This document shows, piece by piece, positions 39,501-48,089 of a stretch of 64,000 bases of DNA. A program made the translations under genes and the position numbers. Position 1 is the stretch's first letter, and each line of letters starts with the position of its first letter. Origin of the DNA: Macrostomum hystrix (Eukaryota; Animalia; Platyhelminthes); NCBI GenBank assembly GCA_950097015.1, contig CATNEN010000007.1, positions 8,618,001 to 8,682,000 of the forward strand. Reading direction: 5' to 3'. Under the pieces are notes generated by a model. The model searched no databases, was not told the origin of the DNA, and saw only the letters and a program-made list of their open reading frames with translations.

Positions 39501-40090
39501 ACAGCAGGTCGCGCACTACGTCATCGTGCTGGCCGACCGCCTCACATCGCATGCCAGCATTGGCGCATACCTTAACGCCGCCGACCTGTACTGCAAGCTG
39601 CAGACTGGCCGCGGCCTCCCAAGCGACCCTCGCATCGACCTGCTCCTCCGCGGCGTGCGACGCAAGCTGGCCAGGCCACCCGCGCGCAAGGCTCCAATCA
39701 AGCCAAACCACCTGCTCAAAATGCGGGGAGTACTGCAGCTGCATATTCCGGAGGACGCAGCCTTCTGGGCGGCTGTCCTGGTCGGATTCTGGGGCCTGCT
39801 GCGCCGCGCAAACCTGTGCTGCCCGACCCCAATGCCGCCACCGGGAGAGGCCATCATCGTTGAAGACCTACGGCTGGGCTCGGACCTGGCAATCCTGCAT
39901 GTCCGTAAGTCCAAGACCAATCAGTTCCGTGAGCGAGTGCACCGCGTGGTCCTGCCACGCCTTCGACGCGAGGCGCAGCACCCGCTCTGTCCGGTGGCAG
40001 CGCTGCGACACCACCTGCACGCCAACCAGCCCGTCCCTGCTTCAGCCCATCTCTTCGCCTTCCGCCATTGCGGTGGTCTCGTGCCAATGA
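36539..40090 (+). CDS. Ngaro Gag-Pol: SAP domain, Cys/His zinc finger, reverse transcriptase, RNase H
   Basis: SAP LTARQLRDRLIQLGLPSSGRKRELQVRL. Zinc finger CVKFNRNSC....CKFRHACSAC...H....C. RT motifs KVDLANAY, RLPFG, YLDD. RNase H motifs ESDAS, HINFKE, YSDS, ADSGSR. Confidence 0.9.
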   Translation: MAELPIDRLTARQLRDRLIQLGLPSSGRKRELQVRLEQSSLVSRTTRRVQQRSNASAQVEDDGSTCSEEDGEANPDQASDLGGGDDLDQRIARQEKLLRLRTLQRQTAEIEAELGKDGQRIQSGKSTSPMLLNQTLSAHEPEQHLPVPDWELPGSYTKPAATSRPLLVRDFIDRDFEEPAPQLAKTRARTENITAGQWVAGSGRILLRLLDDGALVTMRNGTMDLSELKAYVRYCVQFGEFMHQGFSQAALNDYDEDFRILQHQTSGSWERESLQLLSKHILAPKPNPAGSSTYSRPGFKFSKMRNQTSGLVGPTDAEGRELCVKFNRNSCHRRDCKFRHACSACYAAHPRQLCTSKKLDCGRPGDLIDGPAAPADSDNVDHPLPPGRPQAKPIESVAFSSDLITAAWDAELLGDPDRDFLLNGVRNGFRLTCPSAPDNQPNSTFSQNYFSADSNRLLVEQQVREEVANGRYVKVSNKPDVISALGAIPKGNNKIRLIHDCSQPPDLSLNSRFSSDYQIKFETVSQFTAKLQPGWFMAKVDLANAYRSVGISPHDFRYTGLQWKFSDQPSPTYLCDTRLPFGAAASVEVFHRLSQSIKRMMQRRGFSNIGSYLDDFAVAAETEIACQQALDTLLHLLRRLGFSINWSKVALPCTRLVYLGVMIDTNSGLLELPKDKLEVTKAQLQSALSHKRITKRQLQSLCGRIYWVCQVVRIGRCFLRPLLLELNKLKQHCHKLRMHNDLRETILWWVACLAKTPSCRIWRTAGPAWAIESDASNWGGCGIIRGPGVTNWLIIDWQRDSPELETLHINFKESLAPVFTALHFQQKLQPGSNLVIYSDSTAAVGAINKGSSPNPIVNTALQQLALLAAHRDLVIQAFHVPGTFQIFADSGSRADDTSELANFLLRLYGTVDIETDNLHEHTLSSAARQFLSLQIARLRSRVRTSAAATTSSAAWPSQARQRAPTAARLPPGNASVSERALTAPDRQHSRSRTTSSCWPTASHRMPALAHTLTPPTCTASCRLAAASQATLASTCSSAACDASWPGHPRARLQSSQTTCSKCGEYCSCIFRRTQPSGRLSWSDSGACCAAQTCAARPQCRHRERPSSLKTYGWARTWQSCMSVSPRPISSVSECTAWSCHAFDARRSTRSVRWQRCDTTCTPTSPSLLQPISSPSAIAVVSCQ

Positions 40091-40335
40091 CCGCCACCCG
40101 GTTCTGCCGCCTGTTTCGCCGCGCAGTCAACCTCGCCGGCCTGGGAGGTCTATCGCTCTCACCGCACAGCCTCCGTCGCGGTGGTGCCTCCCTAGCTTTT
40201 CGGGAAGGCATCCCGCTGCCCGTCGTCAAGGCGCTGGGAGACTGGCGGAGCTCGGCGGTGGAGGCGTACCTTGGGTTGGAGTCGGGCCTCGACCTGCAAC
40301 TGGCTGCTGCTCAAAAACTATCAGCGTGCGTTTGA
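39341..40335 (+). CDS. Tyrosine recombinase of the Ngaro element (overlaps pol in another frame)
   Basis: Catalytic residues LLRRAN (R), KSKTNQ (K), HSLRRGG (HxxR), LGDW and EAY (Y). Frame is open from 39298 and includes the N-terminal TARSY..W.RFC core-binding segment. Confidence 0.9.
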
Positions 40336-41109
40336 CCCTTGATCTGTCGCTCAAACATTCTTTGTGACCTCTTTCTTTTGTACTCGCTGTGGACCAAGTG
40401 CCGGCGGCTTCTGTCTTCTGTATTTTTTTTGCTTCACGTTTAGTTGTTGTGCTGCGCTCGCTGGTCTTGCTTGTAACTTCTTTACGCTTTCAACCATTTT
40501 GTGTTTTATGTTTTAGCTCTGTTTTAAGTGCGTACCGGCGTCACCCTATTTTGCATTTTATGTTGCGTGCCTCCCCCCCCCCTTCCTCTTCCTTTTTTTG
40601 GGTTTGGGCCATAGACGGTGCCCTTCCCTCGTTCGCTCTCTGCTGTGTCGCATCTGCTGTCTCTGTCTGCCTTCGTGCCTGGGAGTGTGGTGTTTAGTGT
40701 CCAATCGGCGCTCGCTGATTGGGTGTAAACACCCACCCCAGGCACCCACCCCAGGCACCCACCCCTCCGCTTTTAGCTGGGTTGTATTTCAGCCGGCACC
40801 CCCGTGCTGCCCAGCCTTGTCTCTTCGCGCTGCGTGGTGTGAAATTTTTTTCTTTTTCCTTGCTTCCTTTTTTCTTTCTTGCTTTTGCCTTTTTGTGTGC
40901 ATTTTGAATACTTCCTTTGAAACAATTTATCTGCAAATATATCGTATGTGGGCCATAGACGGTGCCCTTCCCTCGTTCGCTCTCTGCTGTGTCGCATCTG
41001 CTGTCTCTGTCTGCCTTCGTGCCTGGGAGTGTGGTGTTTAGATGATTAAAAGCAATTTGGATAGCAATGAATGCTAACTAAGTCCATAGAAGGTTAAATA
41101 AGCAGTAAT

Positions 41110-41489
41110 TCATTCAGCCCCGCCATCATCATTATCATAGGTCAGCTTGGGCAGCTTGATCGTGTCGCTCCTGCGCAAGGGCCATGGCAGCTTTCGTTTC
41201 TGACTTCCACCGCTGCTAAGCCCTGAAGCAGCACGAAACTTGTACCAGAGCGGATCACGGGACAGGTCGCTGTCCTGCTGTGGTATGTTGCCAACTGAAG
41301 ACGCCACAGGTTCGCTGGTGCCGCTGCTTGACTGAGCGATTCGGAGCGTCTGCTCATCTCCAGAATGCAAAGCCTCTTGATGCTCAATGCCGAATTCGGT
41401 GTTTTGCTTCATCCAGCTCATACTCGCTCTCTGGTGACTCAGCTTGCAATTCCGCGTCAATCTTATCGGCCTTTTCCACAGCTCACTCC
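41110..41489 (-). pseudogene. 3' part of the Polinton PC4 gene and downstream small ORF
   Basis: In frame with the PC4 ORF once the LINE and one TSD copy are removed. Confidence 0.55.
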
Positions 41490-41603
41490 TTGACTTACTT
41501 TGACTTATCTGCAGGGCGGTCTGACGGACGCAGCGGGGAGGCGGGAGTCGCCCATTCCGCTAATCCCTGAAAGACCCGCAATCGGCCGATGGCGCGGGGC
41601 CAG

Positions 41604-44600
41604 TCAGGGAGGTCCGTGTTCGGTCCTTCCTGCAGCTTGTTCCTCGCTGGGGAAGAAAGAGGCTCGTCTGGTAGCCCTTAGGAACCGGACGAGCCGCGGG
41701 ATGTTCTCGGATCTGCAAACATCGTCCATGGATGGGTTTGGTCCGAGGTGATTAAGCCTCTCTCTGGTGAAGAAAGGGCAGTGGCAGACGAAGTGCAGGG
41801 CATCCTCGTCCTCAAGGTTGCAGAAAGGGCACAGCTCACTCCGGAGGTCTCCACGGAGGAAACAGTGTCTGGCGTAGCAGCCATGGCCCGTGAGGGTCAT
41901 GGTGAGGGCCCGGATGTCCTTCCGGGTCTGGTTCAGAAGGACCTTCCGGAGCCGAGCGGATGGCACTGGAACTGCCGCTTTGGATTGGCGGCAGTTAGTG
42001 GTGCTTCTCCACCGGGTAAGATGGAGGTTGGCGGTCCAATCATTAATCTGACGATAAATGACGGTGCTCGGAATCGGAGCCGGGGGGGAGGGGCCCGGCG
42101 CAGAGCTGGCTCCTCCCTGCTTGGCCAGGTGGTCAGCAAGCTCGTTACCAGGGAAACCAGCGTGCCCTGGTATCCACTGAAGTCTGACGGTATTCTTACC
42201 GGCCAGGTTATTGAGCTGCCGGACACAGTCGGAGACTGTCCGGGAGGTTGTGGTGGTGTGACAGAGGGCTTGCAGAGCAGCCTGACTGTCCGAGTGAAAG
42301 ATGATAGTCCTGCCTGAGATGTTTTTCTCATTCAACTCCGCAGCGCAGGAGCTGATGGCCAGGACCTCGTTCTGGAAAACGCTCGAGGATTTTCCAGTGT
42401 GTTGGGCGTGTGTGGCGACAACACGTCCGTTGATAAGGATACAGACCCCGAAGCCAGCGGAGCCATCCTTCATGGATCCGTCCGTGTAGCAGTGGACCTC
42501 CTGGGTGTTCCAGTGGTCGCTAACTTGGTCCCTGGTGGGGATGAGAGCCTTAAAGCGCTGAAGGAGGTTGAGCGAGCACGGTTCACCGTCCGTAAGGACA
42601 TTGATTCCGTTGCTCGCACCCAAGTCTCTCAGGCAAAGGTCCGTGTGCGGCAGGAGCTTTCGCTTCGCTGCCGCTCGTTGGGGGACGAAGCGCACACCGG
42701 CATCAAGGAGACGCCGGGCGGTTTTTGCCGCCTCCCCGCGGATAAAGATATCGAGCGGGAGGATGTTCAAGAAGGCGTTGAGGCCATCGAAGGGGGCGGA
42801 TGGCGGGGCGCTCATGATCGTCCGACATGCGCGACCTTGCACTCTCCGAAGAGTCTCATGGCAGGTCTTAAGCTGCAGGGCACTAGCCCAGATCAGTCCG
42901 GCGTACGAGACAGCCGGCCTGACCATAGCAGTGTAGATCCACCATAGGCGTTTGGGGGTGAGACCCCACGTGTTGCCCACCGCCCTGCGCAGCTGCGCCA
43001 GGATCGCAAAGGCCTTTTTGGCTTTGGCATGGACATGAGGAGTCCAGCTGAGCCTGTGATCGAGCGTTATGCCCAGGCATTTAGTTTGCTTCTGGAAGGT
43101 GATGTCCTTTCCATACAGCTGCAGGGGGCGAATATGCCATTTGTTTTTGCTGGTGAACATGATCGCCGCTGTCTTAGACTCGGAGAGCTTCAGACCGCAG
43201 CGAGTTGCCCATCTTTCGGCGTTGTTGATAAAGTTTTGCAGAAGGTCTCGGAGGGCCTCTGGTACCGGGCCAGATGCCACTGCCGTAACATCATCCGCAT
43301 AGCCGACCTTTAGGATGGGGTCTGGCTGAGAGTCTCGTAAGAGCTCGTCGATAACCATGTTCCAGAGAACTGGTGAGAGGACGCCGCCTTGTGGGCAACC
43401 TTTGCAGACAGTGACCGTCCGCTGGTGTCCAAGAAGGTGTGCCGTAGCAGTGCGGTGGCGGACCATGTACATGATCCACCTCCTAAGATGCGAATGCGTG
43501 TGCCGCATACGTAGGGCCCTGTCAAACGCCTCGAAGAGAACGTTGTCGAAGGCCCCGTCAATATCCAGGAAGATGCTCAGGGCAAAGCCGTTCCCGAGGA
43601 CGGCCTTTTCCAGAGCGTCCACCAGAGCGTGGAGAGCGCTTTCGGTGGAACGTCCCGACCGAAAGGCGTGTTGATTGCCGCTTAGTGGCATATTTTTCAG
43701 CTCCACAGAGAGGAGGCGCCAGAGCACCAATCTCTCCATCAGTTTGACCATGGTGGAGGTTAGGCTAATTGGCCGAAACGATTTAATGGAATGGTAGTCC
43801 GGGCGGCCTGGCTTGGGGATAAAAACCACCCTCGCCTCGGTCCATGCCTTCGGAACATACCCAAGCACAATGCAAGCCTCAAGGAGCTTGCAAAGATTTG
43901 TGAGGAAGCCATGGCATTTTACCGCCTCGCGGATGAAGGCTGGTATAATGCCGTCCGGCCCCGGGGATTTGAAGGGTTTGAAAGACTGGGCTGCCTTGGT
44001 AACCCGGTCTTCAGTAATGATGGACGTCGCAAGGATATGACCTCCCTCGGTGTGATCCGGGGGGTCTGTCCCTGCTGGCACGCTGGGGAAAAAGGCTGTG
44101 AGCATAGTGTCGAGCGTTTCCCCAGGGTTCTCGGTGGGTCGGCCATCGGCCTTCCTCACCGTCGAAAGCTTGGACATTTTGTCCAGCGTGAGGGCTTTGA
44201 CAATTCTGGAGGTGGGGCGAGTGCCCTCAAGCTCCTCACAGTATTGCCGCCACTTGCTGTTTTTGGCGTTTCTGACTTCCTTCTTGAAGCTATGGATGGC
44301 TTCGAGATACGCAGCCTGATCAGCCGGGTTTTTTGTCTTCGTGGCCCTGCGGTGCAGCCGCTTCGCCGTTCGACGGAGCTCGCCGAGCTGCGGATTCCAC
44401 CATGGGGCCGAAGTTTTGCCTCTGTAAGCTTTGAGGGGGCAGGAGGCCTCGAAGGCGGTGGTCAGCGAGTTGGTGAGAAACTCAGCTAGCTCATCCGCTT
44501 CATCGCAGGTGTTGGCGGGGGGGCTGAGGTTCCGTTGGGTTCCTTCGAGGTTATACCTGAAGGCTTCCCAATCGGTATTCCTAGCGTTCCTTTTCCAAGT

Positions 44601-45305
44601 GATCTGGTTAGTGCAGCGTGCACCCGCCAGTTGGAAAGAGATGTATTTGTGATCGGAGAGGGAGGTCTCCGGCAGAACCTGCCACTCCCTAAGGCTCTGG
44701 TAGAGCCCAGGTGTGGCTAGAGTGGCGTCGATGACCTCAGACCACCGTCCATTGTCAAATGTCGGGGTGCTCCCTGTGTTGCAGAACTCCAGAGGCGTGG
44801 TTAGGATGTAGGCAAGGAGGTCCTCGCCTCTCGAGTTAATGTCAGAGCTCCCCCAGTGGGTGTGGTGGGCGTTTATATCGCCAGCCACCATGAGCTCATA
44901 GTTTTTGGTAGCGCAGGTTTCAGTCAGAGAGATCAGCTCCTCAGGGACTGCCGGCCTGTCGCCCGGTAAATAAACCGATGCGATTAAGACGGTTTTGCCT
45001 GGGAGGATGCTCTCCGTCTGGATGACACAGGTGTCCCGATCAGAAAGGTCGGGTCTGTACCAGGCGTTGAGGGAGTCTCTCACGAGGATGCACGCCCTGG
45101 GATTTTGGTTCTCCCGGTGACGGCTGTTGTAGAAGCAGTGATACCCATTGGGTACATTTTGAGGCTTACCTTTATGAGTCCACGGCTCCTGGACGAGGAT
45201 GAGACCCGGCGTGTTGAGCTCGACATAGCGCATCAGGTTGACGGATGCAGCTATGCAGTGTTGCAGGTTGACCTGCAGGCAGGTAGTCCCAGTCTGGCCG
45301 ATCAT
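41604..45305 (-). CDS. LINE ORF2: AP endonuclease, reverse transcriptase, RNase H, C-terminal zinc knuckle
   Basis: QVNLQH, LVQEP, GDINAHH, SDH (APE). PGPDG, FRPISL, FLDIDGAFD, PQGGVLSP, YADD (RT). YTDGS, NEV, SDSQ, WIPGH..GNELAD (RNase H). CPFC..EDALHFVCHC. Confidence 0.95.
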   Translation of the reverse strand: MIGQTGTTCLQVNLQHCIAASVNLMRYVELNTPGLILVQEPWTHKGKPQNVPNGYHCFYNSRHRENQNPRACILVRDSLNAWYRPDLSDRDTCVIQTESILPGKTVLIASVYLPGDRPAVPEELISLTETCATKNYELMVAGDINAHHTHWGSSDINSRGEDLLAYILTTPLEFCNTGSTPTFDNGRWSEVIDATLATPGLYQSLREWQVLPETSLSDHKYISFQLAGARCTNQITWKRNARNTDWEAFRYNLEGTQRNLSPPANTCDEADELAEFLTNSLTTAFEASCPLKAYRGKTSAPWWNPQLGELRRTAKRLHRRATKTKNPADQAAYLEAIHSFKKEVRNAKNSKWRQYCEELEGTRPTSRIVKALTLDKMSKLSTVRKADGRPTENPGETLDTMLTAFFPSVPAGTDPPDHTEGGHILATSIITEDRVTKAAQSFKPFKSPGPDGIIPAFIREAVKCHGFLTNLCKLLEACIVLGYVPKAWTEARVVFIPKPGRPDYHSIKSFRPISLTSTMVKLMERLVLWRLLSVELKNMPLSGNQHAFRSGRSTESALHALVDALEKAVLGNGFALSIFLDIDGAFDNVLFEAFDRALRMRHTHSHLRRWIMYMVRHRTATAHLLGHQRTVTVCKGCPQGGVLSPVLWNMVIDELLRDSQPDPILKVGYADDVTAVASGPVPEALRDLLQNFINNAERWATRCGLKLSESKTAAIMFTSKNKWHIRPLQLYGKDITFQKQTKCLGITLDHRLSWTPHVHAKAKKAFAILAQLRRAVGNTWGLTPKRLWWIYTAMVRPAVSYAGLIWASALQLKTCHETLRRVQGRACRTIMSAPPSAPFDGLNAFLNILPLDIFIRGEAAKTARRLLDAGVRFVPQRAAAKRKLLPHTDLCLRDLGASNGINVLTDGEPCSLNLLQRFKALIPTRDQVSDHWNTQEVHCYTDGSMKDGSAGFGVCILINGRVVATHAQHTGKSSSVFQNEVLAISSCAAELNEKNISGRTIIFHSDSQAALQALCHTTTTSRTVSDCVRQLNNLAGKNTVRLQWIPGHAGFPGNELADHLAKQGGASSAPGPSPPAPIPSTVIYRQINDWTANLHLTRWRSTTNCRQSKAAVPVPSARLRKVLLNQTRKDIRALTMTLTGHGCYARHCFLRGDLRSELCPFCNLEDEDALHFVCHCPFFTRERLNHLGPNPSMDDVCRSENIPRLVRFLRATRRASFFPSEEQAAGRTEHGPP

Positions 45306-46882
45306 GGTCCAGCGGGAGACTCCTTGAGCAGCTCGTCCTCCTCAGACGGGGTCGGGCTGCAGACCTCCATGAGTAGCGGCGCGCCCGCATCCGCTGTGGA
45401 GGGAACGGCGGGAATCGCTGCGGAGAGCTGCTGCTCTGACCGCTGCGTGTCCCGGCCGCTCCACCCAACAACGGTGCAGTCGCTGCCATCACTCGACGCC
45501 TCGCCCTCGGGGGTCGGGTCCGTGTGGATGGCAGCCTCCTTCCGGTGAGGGAGATCCTCAGACCAGTCGGTGGCCACCGCTCCGTGGGTCCCGGCACTCT
45601 GCGGCTGGCTAGGGGGGGAGGAGGTTTGCGCTTTTGCAGCGCGGGAGCGCTCCAGGTGCTCTTTGAGCGCCCGGGCTTCGCTGAGCGCCCGCAAGACCAG
45701 GCCCGATTTGCGGTTGTTGCGGGCTGGTCTACGATCTCGGGGGCCGGATTCGGCGACGCGGATATTTTTGCCCGGGCGGGGGTCCACGGACGTCGCATGC
45801 CGCTTAGCTGGCGGAGCTTTCGCCCCAGGGCCAGGAGCGGCCCGCTTGTTTTCCGGTCCCTCCCCGGCCTTCCTCTCCTGACAATCCAGGATGGTCAGCG
45901 GGTAGAGTCCCGGTTTGATCACGCTCTTGTGAGGGATCCTTTTGGACCAGGCTTCGGAGAAGCCGTAGATCGCCGTGAAACCCTCCGCTCCTTTGCGGAC
46001 GGTCTCGTGGCAGATCAGCCCGGAGGCTGGGAGGTCCGGGTTCATCTTCAGCAGCAGCTGCCGAAGTTGGTCCCCGGACCGGATTGAGCAGGCGTCGGGG
46101 ACCCAGACGCGATGGCGTCGGGTCCGTGGACGCTCAGACTCGGTGGTGCACCTCAGTCTTCCGACATCGGTGCTCCACTTGAAATCTTTAATCCGATCGC
46201 GCAGTAGACGGCTATCCCCGGCCGATTTGCACCAGAGGAGGACAGCCCCCTCCTGCGCTTCAGACCTGACAACGCTGACTGGTGTCCCTGCCAGTGCCAG
46301 GTCCGTGAGGCCCTCGTCGATGGTTTTGAGCATGCTCTTGAGCTGCTCGTCTGAGAGGTCCTGTTCCTCGCCGACAACAATGATGGCCGGCTGGGCAGGC
46401 TCCCGCTTGGCTTTGGAGGCGTAAGTCTCCTTGGCCTTGCTGGCGTTGGACGTGCCAGCCTTGTGAGCGGTGGTGGCCGTGATGGCGCTGGGGGCGGCGG
46501 CTCCAGATGGCCCTTCTGCGCCTTCCACGCTCTTCCCGTCGGCGTCGGTGCCGGCCTCGGAGATGGTGATGGCCGGCGCGGCGGTGAGGGCGGCGGATCC
46601 AGGTGGCCCGGCCGCATTTTTCGCACCCGCCTCCTGTGCAGGTGTCGGGCGCCCACCAGTCGCAGCCGCCGCAGCATTGCGGCGGCGTTCGTTGCGCTTC
46701 TGGTTGCGCCTAGCACGCGCTTCCTCCGAGCGTTTGCGGCTCGGGTTGCGCTTATTTTGGTCGACGATTCCGGTGGCGGGATTCTCAGACCCACCGGCTA
46801 CACCGAGGACGTGGGACCTGCCAGTGGCAGCGTCCGGAGCGGCCGAGTTTTCGGTTTCGATAGAAGAAATGGGCGAGGCCAT
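45302..46882 (-). CDS. LINE ORF1 (gag-like nucleic-acid chaperone)
   Basis: Long ORF directly upstream of ORF2 with ATGA stop/start overlap. Basic N-terminus, low-complexity linker and central globular region. First ATG (MASPISS) at about 46882. Confidence 0.85.
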   Translation of the reverse strand: MASPISSIETENSAAPDAATGRSHVLGVAGGSENPATGIVDQNKRNPSRKRSEEARARRNQKRNERRRNAAAAATGGRPTPAQEAGAKNAAGPPGSAALTAAPAITISEAGTDADGKSVEGAEGPSGAAAPSAITATTAHKAGTSNASKAKETYASKAKREPAQPAIIVVGEEQDLSDEQLKSMLKTIDEGLTDLALAGTPVSVVRSEAQEGAVLLWCKSAGDSRLLRDRIKDFKWSTDVGRLRCTTESERPRTRRHRVWVPDACSIRSGDQLRQLLLKMNPDLPASGLICHETVRKGAEGFTAIYGFSEAWSKRIPHKSVIKPGLYPLTILDCQERKAGEGPENKRAAPGPGAKAPPAKRHATSVDPRPGKNIRVAESGPRDRRPARNNRKSGLVLRALSEARALKEHLERSRAAKAQTSSPPSQPQSAGTHGAVATDWSEDLPHRKEAAIHTDPTPEGEASSDGSDCTVVGWSGRDTQRSEQQLSAAIPAVPSTADAGAPLLMEVCSPTPSEEDELLKESPAGP

Positions 46883-47094
46883 GGCTGAAAAGCGGGTGGG
46901 GGGCTGCTCGTAACACGAGTGAGAAAAGCCCGACTGGCCGACACCCCAAGCCAGCCGGGAGCAACAGAGAGAGTGAAACACCGTTAGCGGCTGGAATACT
47001 CCCCAGCCAAAGCGCGGACCAAGGTCCGGCAAACGCCCAACAGCACGGATGCACTGGGGACATTAGAGGGCACCAGATGGCCGGAAACCGGGGC

Positions 47095-47460
47095 CTGCGG
47101 AGCTGGCCGCATACCCTGTTAAGGTCGAAGGGTGACACCTTTCCCTCAGAGCCGTAGCCAGAGGTACCTGATCACGCACAGGTGCACGAAACGCTGCGGA
47201 CTGGCCGCATACCCTGTTAAGGTCGAAGGGTGACACCTTTCCCTCAGAGCCGTAGCCAGAGGTACCTGATCACGCACAGGTGCACGAACGCTGCGGACTG
47301 GCCGCATACCCTGTTAAGGTCGAAGGGTGACACCTTTCCCTCAGAGCCGTAGCCAGAGGTACCTGATCACGCACAGGTGCACGAACGCTGCGGACTGGCC
47401 GCATACCCTGTTAAGGTCAGAGGGTGACACCTTTCCCTCCAGCCGGGGCTAGAGGTACCC
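47095..47460 (-). repeat. About 97-bp tandem monomers (3.7 copies) in the LINE 5' UTR
   Basis: CTGGCCGCATACCCTGTTAAGG recurs at 47103, 47201, 47298 and 47395. Confidence 0.9.
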
Positions 47461-47753
47461 AGTTTGGCCAGAGACCCTGGATGGGTCATCCAGCGCTGTT
47501 GCCCATTCTGTCCGGCAGCCCTAGGGTCAGCCTTGAACACTCGCGGGACGTGTACCCATGGGTCAGCTGACGGGACAGCGTGGAGGGATTCCTGCACCCG
47601 AAGGCACAGGGCTCCTTCCTGCCAGGCCTGCTCAAAAAGCGACTGCAGGTGTGAGGCATCGCAGACCTTAGCCCGTGGGCCTGGTCTGACTCATACCTCA
47701 CAGGCGCTGTGTCCCGCCGGTGCGAGCTAGAGAGCTACCACTCCTAGAGAAGG

Positions 47754-48089
47754 CAGCTCACTCCACAGGCGGGGAGTCAGAGCCACTGAGTTTCGCCTCA
47801 GAAATTCTTCAGCGCAATCCTCCGGCAGCCGCTTGAGCCAGATCGTGCCTCTGTTGACCACAGCAAGTTTGTCAAACCCGAGCTTGATGCTGACGTTGTT
47901 CCTGTTGAGAGCAGAGTGCACGAGTTGGCGTCTCAGCTGCTTCAGCTTATCCCACTGGTAGGCATTGAGGTTGAAGCCTGGGATGCCCGCCTTGAGCTCG
48001 CCATCAGTCGAGAAGAAGTGCCGGATAGCAATGAAGCGATGTCCTTCGTATTCTTGAACTTGAATTTTGAAGCCATCACAGAGCTCCAT
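47754..48089 (-). pseudogene. PC4-like ssDNA-binding protein (two tandem domains), 5' part, interrupted by the LINE
   Basis: IQVQEYEGHRFIAIRHFF.DGELKAGIPGFNLNAYQWDKLK matches the PC4/Sub1 pattern. A second degenerate copy ends VALTPRLWSEL and continues beyond the TSD at 41479. Confidence 0.75.

Larger units (their letters stand above)
36376..41041 (+). mobile_element. Ngaro-type tyrosine recombinase (DIRS order) retrotransposon with split direct repeats
   Basis: Repeat order A1 36376-36530, ORFs, B1 40605-40696, A2 40696-40850, B2 40949-41040. The repeat pairs read as identical. Contains gag, RT, RNase H and YR, and has no TSD. Confidence 0.93.
41490..47753 (-). mobile_element. Full-length Loa-like (R1/Tad1/Loa group) non-LTR retrotransposon
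   Basis: TSD CAGCTCACTCC at 41479-41489 and 47754-47764. Two intact ORFs, a structured 5' UTR and a short repeat tail (TAAGTCAA twice). Confidence 0.9.

Noticed and set aside
41748-46913. Plus-strand ORFs antisense to the LINE ORFs
   Set aside because: Shadow ORFs of GC-rich coding sequence with no motifs.
47165-47200. Hammerhead-like CTGATCA...GAAAC in the LINE monomer
   Set aside because: The core is CUGAUCA rather than CUGANGA, stem II is poor, GAAA occurs in only one monomer, and it lies antisense to the element.
41484-47745. Alternative 7-bp TSD CACTCCT for the LINE
   Set aside because: The 11-bp duplication is longer and restores the reading frame of the interrupted gene.
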